NCBI GenBank assembly: GCA_965140585.1 | Contig: OZ223269.1 | Location: forward strand, 928,001-992,000 | From: Spirochaetia bacterium | GTDB taxonomy: Bacteria; Spirochaetota; Spirochaetia; UBA9216 | DNA length: 64,000 nucleotides | Direction: 5' to 3' | Shown here: piece by piece, positions 60,642-64,000 of the stretch | Position numbering within the stretch: position 1 is the first letter of the stretch | How the letters are laid out: each line of letters opens with the position of its first letter | Made by a program: the position numbers and the translations under genes | Notes under the pieces: generated by a model | Databases searched by the model: none | What the model was told of the DNA's origin: nothing | What the model saw: only the letters and a program-made list of their open reading frames with translations

Positions 60642-61416
60642 TGATCTGACTCCTGAAAAAGAAAAGCTGTACTGCATGTGTCTCGAGGACTGGTCTGATG
60701 AAATGAAGGAAGCCGGCAATCATAAAGAACTCTGGTATACTGCAAACAAATCAAAAGGACTGAGAGTTAAACTGTCAGAGGATGATAACGGCAAGACCGG
60801 AGGGATGATTCAATATTTGCCGATTGAGGAATCCGCGGCATCGGGCAGGGACCTTTATTTTGTCAATTGCATATGGGTTCATGGATATAAGCAGGGTCGT
60901 GGAAATTTTCAGAAAACAGGAATGGGTAAGGCATTATTAAAAGCTGCTGAAGATGATGTAAAAATGCTCGGAGCCAAGGGTCTTGTAACATGGGGTGTTT
61001 CCTTACCTTTCTGGATGAAGGCTTCATGGTTTAAAAAGCATGGATACAAAAAAGTGGATAAAATTGGTATCCAGGAACTTTTATGGAAACCTTTTTCTGA
61101 AGATGCAATAAAACCGAGCTGGATAAGGCCTTTACGCAAACCTGACATGGAGAAAGATAAAGTAACTGTTACTGCATTTATAAATGGATGGTGTCCTGCA
61201 CAAAACATAGTCTTTGAAAGAGCAAAGCGTGCAGCAGAAACTGCAGGCGAAAAGGTAGTATTCAAACCAATAGATACCTCTGACCGTAAAGTCTTTCTAT
61301 ACTGGGGGCTCCTGGATGCTTTATATATAGATGGTAAAGCGATCAATACCGGACCGCCGCCCTCCTATGATAAACTACTTAAGATTATTGAAAGGCGAGT
61401 GAATAAATTAAAATAA
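60631..61416 (+). CDS. GNAT protein with thioredoxin-like C-terminus (YoaP-like)
   Basis: IQYLP.E, CIWV, Q..G.GK.LL, WCP. Confidence 0.72.
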   Translation: MNISDLTPEKEKLYCMCLEDWSDEMKEAGNHKELWYTANKSKGLRVKLSEDDNGKTGGMIQYLPIEESAASGRDLYFVNCIWVHGYKQGRGNFQKTGMGKALLKAAEDDVKMLGAKGLVTWGVSLPFWMKASWFKKHGYKKVDKIGIQELLWKPFSEDAIKPSWIRPLRKPDMEKDKVTVTAFINGWCPAQNIVFERAKRAAETAGEKVVFKPIDTSDRKVFLYWGLLDALYIDGKAINTGPPPSYDKLLKIIERRVNKLK

Positions 61417-61507
61417 AGGTTAGAGAAATTACCTGTTAAATTTTTGGTTGCTCAATTTATGAAGTTAGCGCATATTTAATATATCCTAACTTGAGATGGA
61501 GCTACGA

Positions 61508-62566
61508 ATGAAGATTACCGATGCTGATAAAATCAATGAATACTACGAAGCTCTTGTGGAAAGAAATGAAGATTATCAGGGAGTTTTTTTTGCAGGTGTA
61601 AAAACCACCTCGATTTTCTGTATTTCAACCTGCAGAGCAAGAAAACCTAAAAAAGAAAATGTTGTCTTTTTTTCCGATTTTAAAGATGCTCTCATAGAGG
61701 GATTTCGTCCATGCCGAATATGTCATCCAACAGAAAATTCTCAGGAAGCACCCGATGAAATAAAAGATGCTGTAAGACTCATCACTGATAATCCTAAGCA
61801 GAAATACAATGATTATGAAATGAAAACGCTTGGTTTCAGTCCCAGTTTTCTAAGACGATGGTTTCAGGATAATTATGGCATTACATTTCAGTCTTTTCAG
61901 AGAATGTACAGAATAAATACAGCGTTTGAAGAACTTCAGAAAGGAAAAAATGTTACTGATACAGCCTTTGATTCAGGATATGAATCCCTGAGCGGATTTG
62001 GATATACATATAAAAAACTATTTGGTAATTCTCCCAGTAAATCTGATGGTAAAAACATTATCCTTATACACCGCCTGACAACTCCTATTGGGCCCATGTT
62101 TACCTGCGCAACGGATGAAGGAATTTGCCTGCTTGAATTTACAAACAGAAGAGCATTGGAAACAGAATTCAGGGATATTCAAAAGAAACTGAATGCTGTT
62201 ATTATTGCAGGTGTAAATAATCATATAAAACAGCTCGAAAAAGAACTTAAAGAGTATTTTGGAGGAAACCGGAAACAGTTCACGGTCTCACTTGTTACAC
62301 CAGGTACAGAATTTCAGCAGATAGTATGGACCAGCCTGAAAAAAATTCCATATGGAGAAACAACTTCATATCTAAAACAGTCAATATCGATTGGCAGGGA
62401 AAAGGCGGTCCGAGCAGTTGCGACCGCTAATGGTAATAACCGTGTTGCAATTATTATCCCCTGTCACAGGGTTATCGGTAGTGATGGAAGTCTGACAGGT
62501 TATGCAGGCGGTCTTGAGAGAAAACAATGGCTTCTTGATTTTGAAAAATCAAATTTATATCAATAA
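61508..62566 (+). CDS. ada: Bifunctional Ada regulator / O6-methylguanine methyltransferase
   Basis: C...C, RPCRIC Zn site; AraC HTH; IPCHRV. Confidence 0.92.
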   Translation: MKITDADKINEYYEALVERNEDYQGVFFAGVKTTSIFCISTCRARKPKKENVVFFSDFKDALIEGFRPCRICHPTENSQEAPDEIKDAVRLITDNPKQKYNDYEMKTLGFSPSFLRRWFQDNYGITFQSFQRMYRINTAFEELQKGKNVTDTAFDSGYESLSGFGYTYKKLFGNSPSKSDGKNIILIHRLTTPIGPMFTCATDEGICLLEFTNRRALETEFRDIQKKLNAVIIAGVNNHIKQLEKELKEYFGGNRKQFTVSLVTPGTEFQQIVWTSLKKIPYGETTSYLKQSISIGREKAVRAVATANGNNRVAIIIPCHRVIGSDGSLTGYAGGLERKQWLLDFEKSNLYQ

Positions 62567-62601
62567 TTAACTAATAAATCAGTAGTATACAGGAGTAAAT
62601 T

Positions 62602-62973
62602 ATGGCATTCAGCTGGGTTACAATCATTGTAAAAGACATGGATGAATCTTTAAAATTCTATCAGGATATGGCTGGATTGAAAATCAACAGGCAGTCAGAG
62701 TCCGTGCCGGGAACGAGGCTTGCATTTCTGGGTTTTGAAGGGGGCAGCACAGAAGTTGAACTTATTCAGAATTCCAGGAATCCGAACCCTGTTCACGGCA
62801 GTGATATATCAATTGGTTTTACAGTAGAGAATCTTGAAGATAAAATTGAAGAATTTAAAGCAATCGGAATTAGTGAAATTGACGGACCGCATCAGCCTGC
62901 ACCCTTTATAAGATTTTTTTATGCAAAAGATCCTGATGGTGTTAAGATTCAGTTTATTCAGGACATGAATTAG
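62602..62973 (+). CDS. VOC/lactoylglutathione lyase-like protein
   Basis: V.DMDESLKFY, FFYAKDPDG. Confidence 0.85.
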   Translation: MAFSWVTIIVKDMDESLKFYQDMAGLKINRQSESVPGTRLAFLGFEGGSTEVELIQNSRNPNPVHGSDISIGFTVENLEDKIEEFKAIGISEIDGPHQPAPFIRFFYAKDPDGVKIQFIQDMN

Positions 62974-63995
62974 AAATCAAGATCCAGAGGTGCGGATTTA
63001 TCCGTTGAACTACGAATAACAAGTTCAGTTCCAAGTATTGTAAGCCTATTTTTAACAGAGGGATTATCAATAATCTCTCTTAGTAATTTTACAGCTTCTT
63101 CTCCCATATCAGAGATAGGAAGGGCCACCGTGGACAGGGCAGGCTGGTACATTGCAGACAGCATGATATTGTCGAATCCAATTAATGCAATATCATCCGG
63201 GATTTCAAGCTTGCATTGTGAAAAATATTTAAGGCATCCCAGACCGACATTATCATTCTCAGCAACAACAGCATCCGGCCTTTGTTCCATATCCATTATC
63301 TTTTTTGCAGTATAATAGCCGTTCTGCATCTTAAGAGGTCCGTTAAATACCAACTGCGGATCCGGCACAAATCCGGCATCTTTCAGAGCGTCGCAAAAGC
63401 CTTGAAACTTCTGAGCTGATATACGGTTATCACTGTGACCTCCGGCATAAGCAATTCTTCTGTAGCCAGCTTTCAGCAGGTATTCAGTCGCTTTATACAT
63501 GCCTTCGCGCACATCTATACATACACGGTTAAGCCTTGTCATTTCAATATCCCAGCTGAGAAGAACTACGGGAAGCGTATCCTGAAGCTCATTCACATAT
63601 TCATCAATCATCTGTTCCTGATCGACAAAGCAGAGAATCAGGCCGTCAACTGGATTATTGGTTATATTATCAAGATAGTTTTTAATCACTTTAAAATCAT
63701 CTTCAATGGTCATAAGTGTAGCTGTAAGGCCATTACTTACAGCATTGGTTCTGATGGAATTAAAAACTTCTACAAAAAACGGATTGCTGATATTCGGGGT
63801 TATAACCGAAATTAGTCCGGTTTTTCCTGTTCTCATGCTCCGGGCAAGGGGACTGGGGCTGTAATTAAGTTCTTTAATTGCATTTTCTACACGTTCACGG
63901 GTTTTTGCCTTCAGAGAATCTGGATTATTCAGATATTTTGATACTGTACCTACGGAGACTTCTGCTAGACCGGCTACATCTTTAATAACCGCCAT
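62970..63995 (-). CDS. LacI-family regulator
   Basis: IKDVA..A.VS.GTVS; GFDN; LSTV. Confidence 0.92.
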   Translation of the reverse strand: MAVIKDVAGLAEVSVGTVSKYLNNPDSLKAKTRERVENAIKELNYSPSPLARSMRTGKTGLISVITPNISNPFFVEVFNSIRTNAVSNGLTATLMTIEDDFKVIKNYLDNITNNPVDGLILCFVDQEQMIDEYVNELQDTLPVVLLSWDIEMTRLNRVCIDVREGMYKATEYLLKAGYRRIAYAGGHSDNRISAQKFQGFCDALKDAGFVPDPQLVFNGPLKMQNGYYTAKKIMDMEQRPDAVVAENDNVGLGCLKYFSQCKLEIPDDIALIGFDNIMLSAMYQPALSTVALPISDMGEEAVKLLREIIDNPSVKNRLTILGTELVIRSSTDKSAPLDLDF

Positions 63996-64000
63996 TTAAT

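Noticed and set aside
50984-63815. Antisense ORFs overlapping well-supported genes (e.g. 50984, 51999, 52721, 55643, 58533, 60909, 63435)
   Set aside because: Shadow frames without motifs or RBS.
1-64000. Integron integrase, tRNA or rRNA genes
   Set aside because: No tyrosine-recombinase motifs or structural RNA genes recognised in the window.

Overview
AT-rich bacterial DNA, probably from a spirochaete (inferred from lipobox style and gene content only). Bases 1 to ~38.4 kb are the distal part of a large integron gene-cassette array on the + strand: 22 complete attC sites (98-146 bp) and one truncated terminal site. No integrase is in the window; it would lie upstream. The cassettes are rich in toxin-antitoxin pairs (YefM-YoeB, RelE/HigBA-like, BrnTA-like, two VapBC copies, RHH-PIN, RosmerTA-like). 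They are also rich in candidate anti-phage genes: a stand-alone UG/Abi-like reverse transcriptase, HEPN proteins, DUF3644, DUF4238, RloAB/AbiL-like, a truncated Shedu-like nuclease, and a PD-(D/E)xK nuclease paired with a SLATT-like protein. Non-coding signals of note: hairpins with unrelated stems but a shared C-RTCCWT-G loop bracketing the RT and one TA cassette, cassette ends that pair beyond the canonical R box with a conserved A at position 10, and apparently leaderless cassette promoters. The array is interrupted by a ~6 kb mosaic insert (7.9-13.5 kb) and ends in an IS3/IS21/IS481 pile-up. From 38.5 to 64 kb the DNA is ordinary accessory chromosome with many pseudogenes, including a decayed DUF917/hydantoinase operon. 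Family assignments come from motif recognition by eye, not from database searches.
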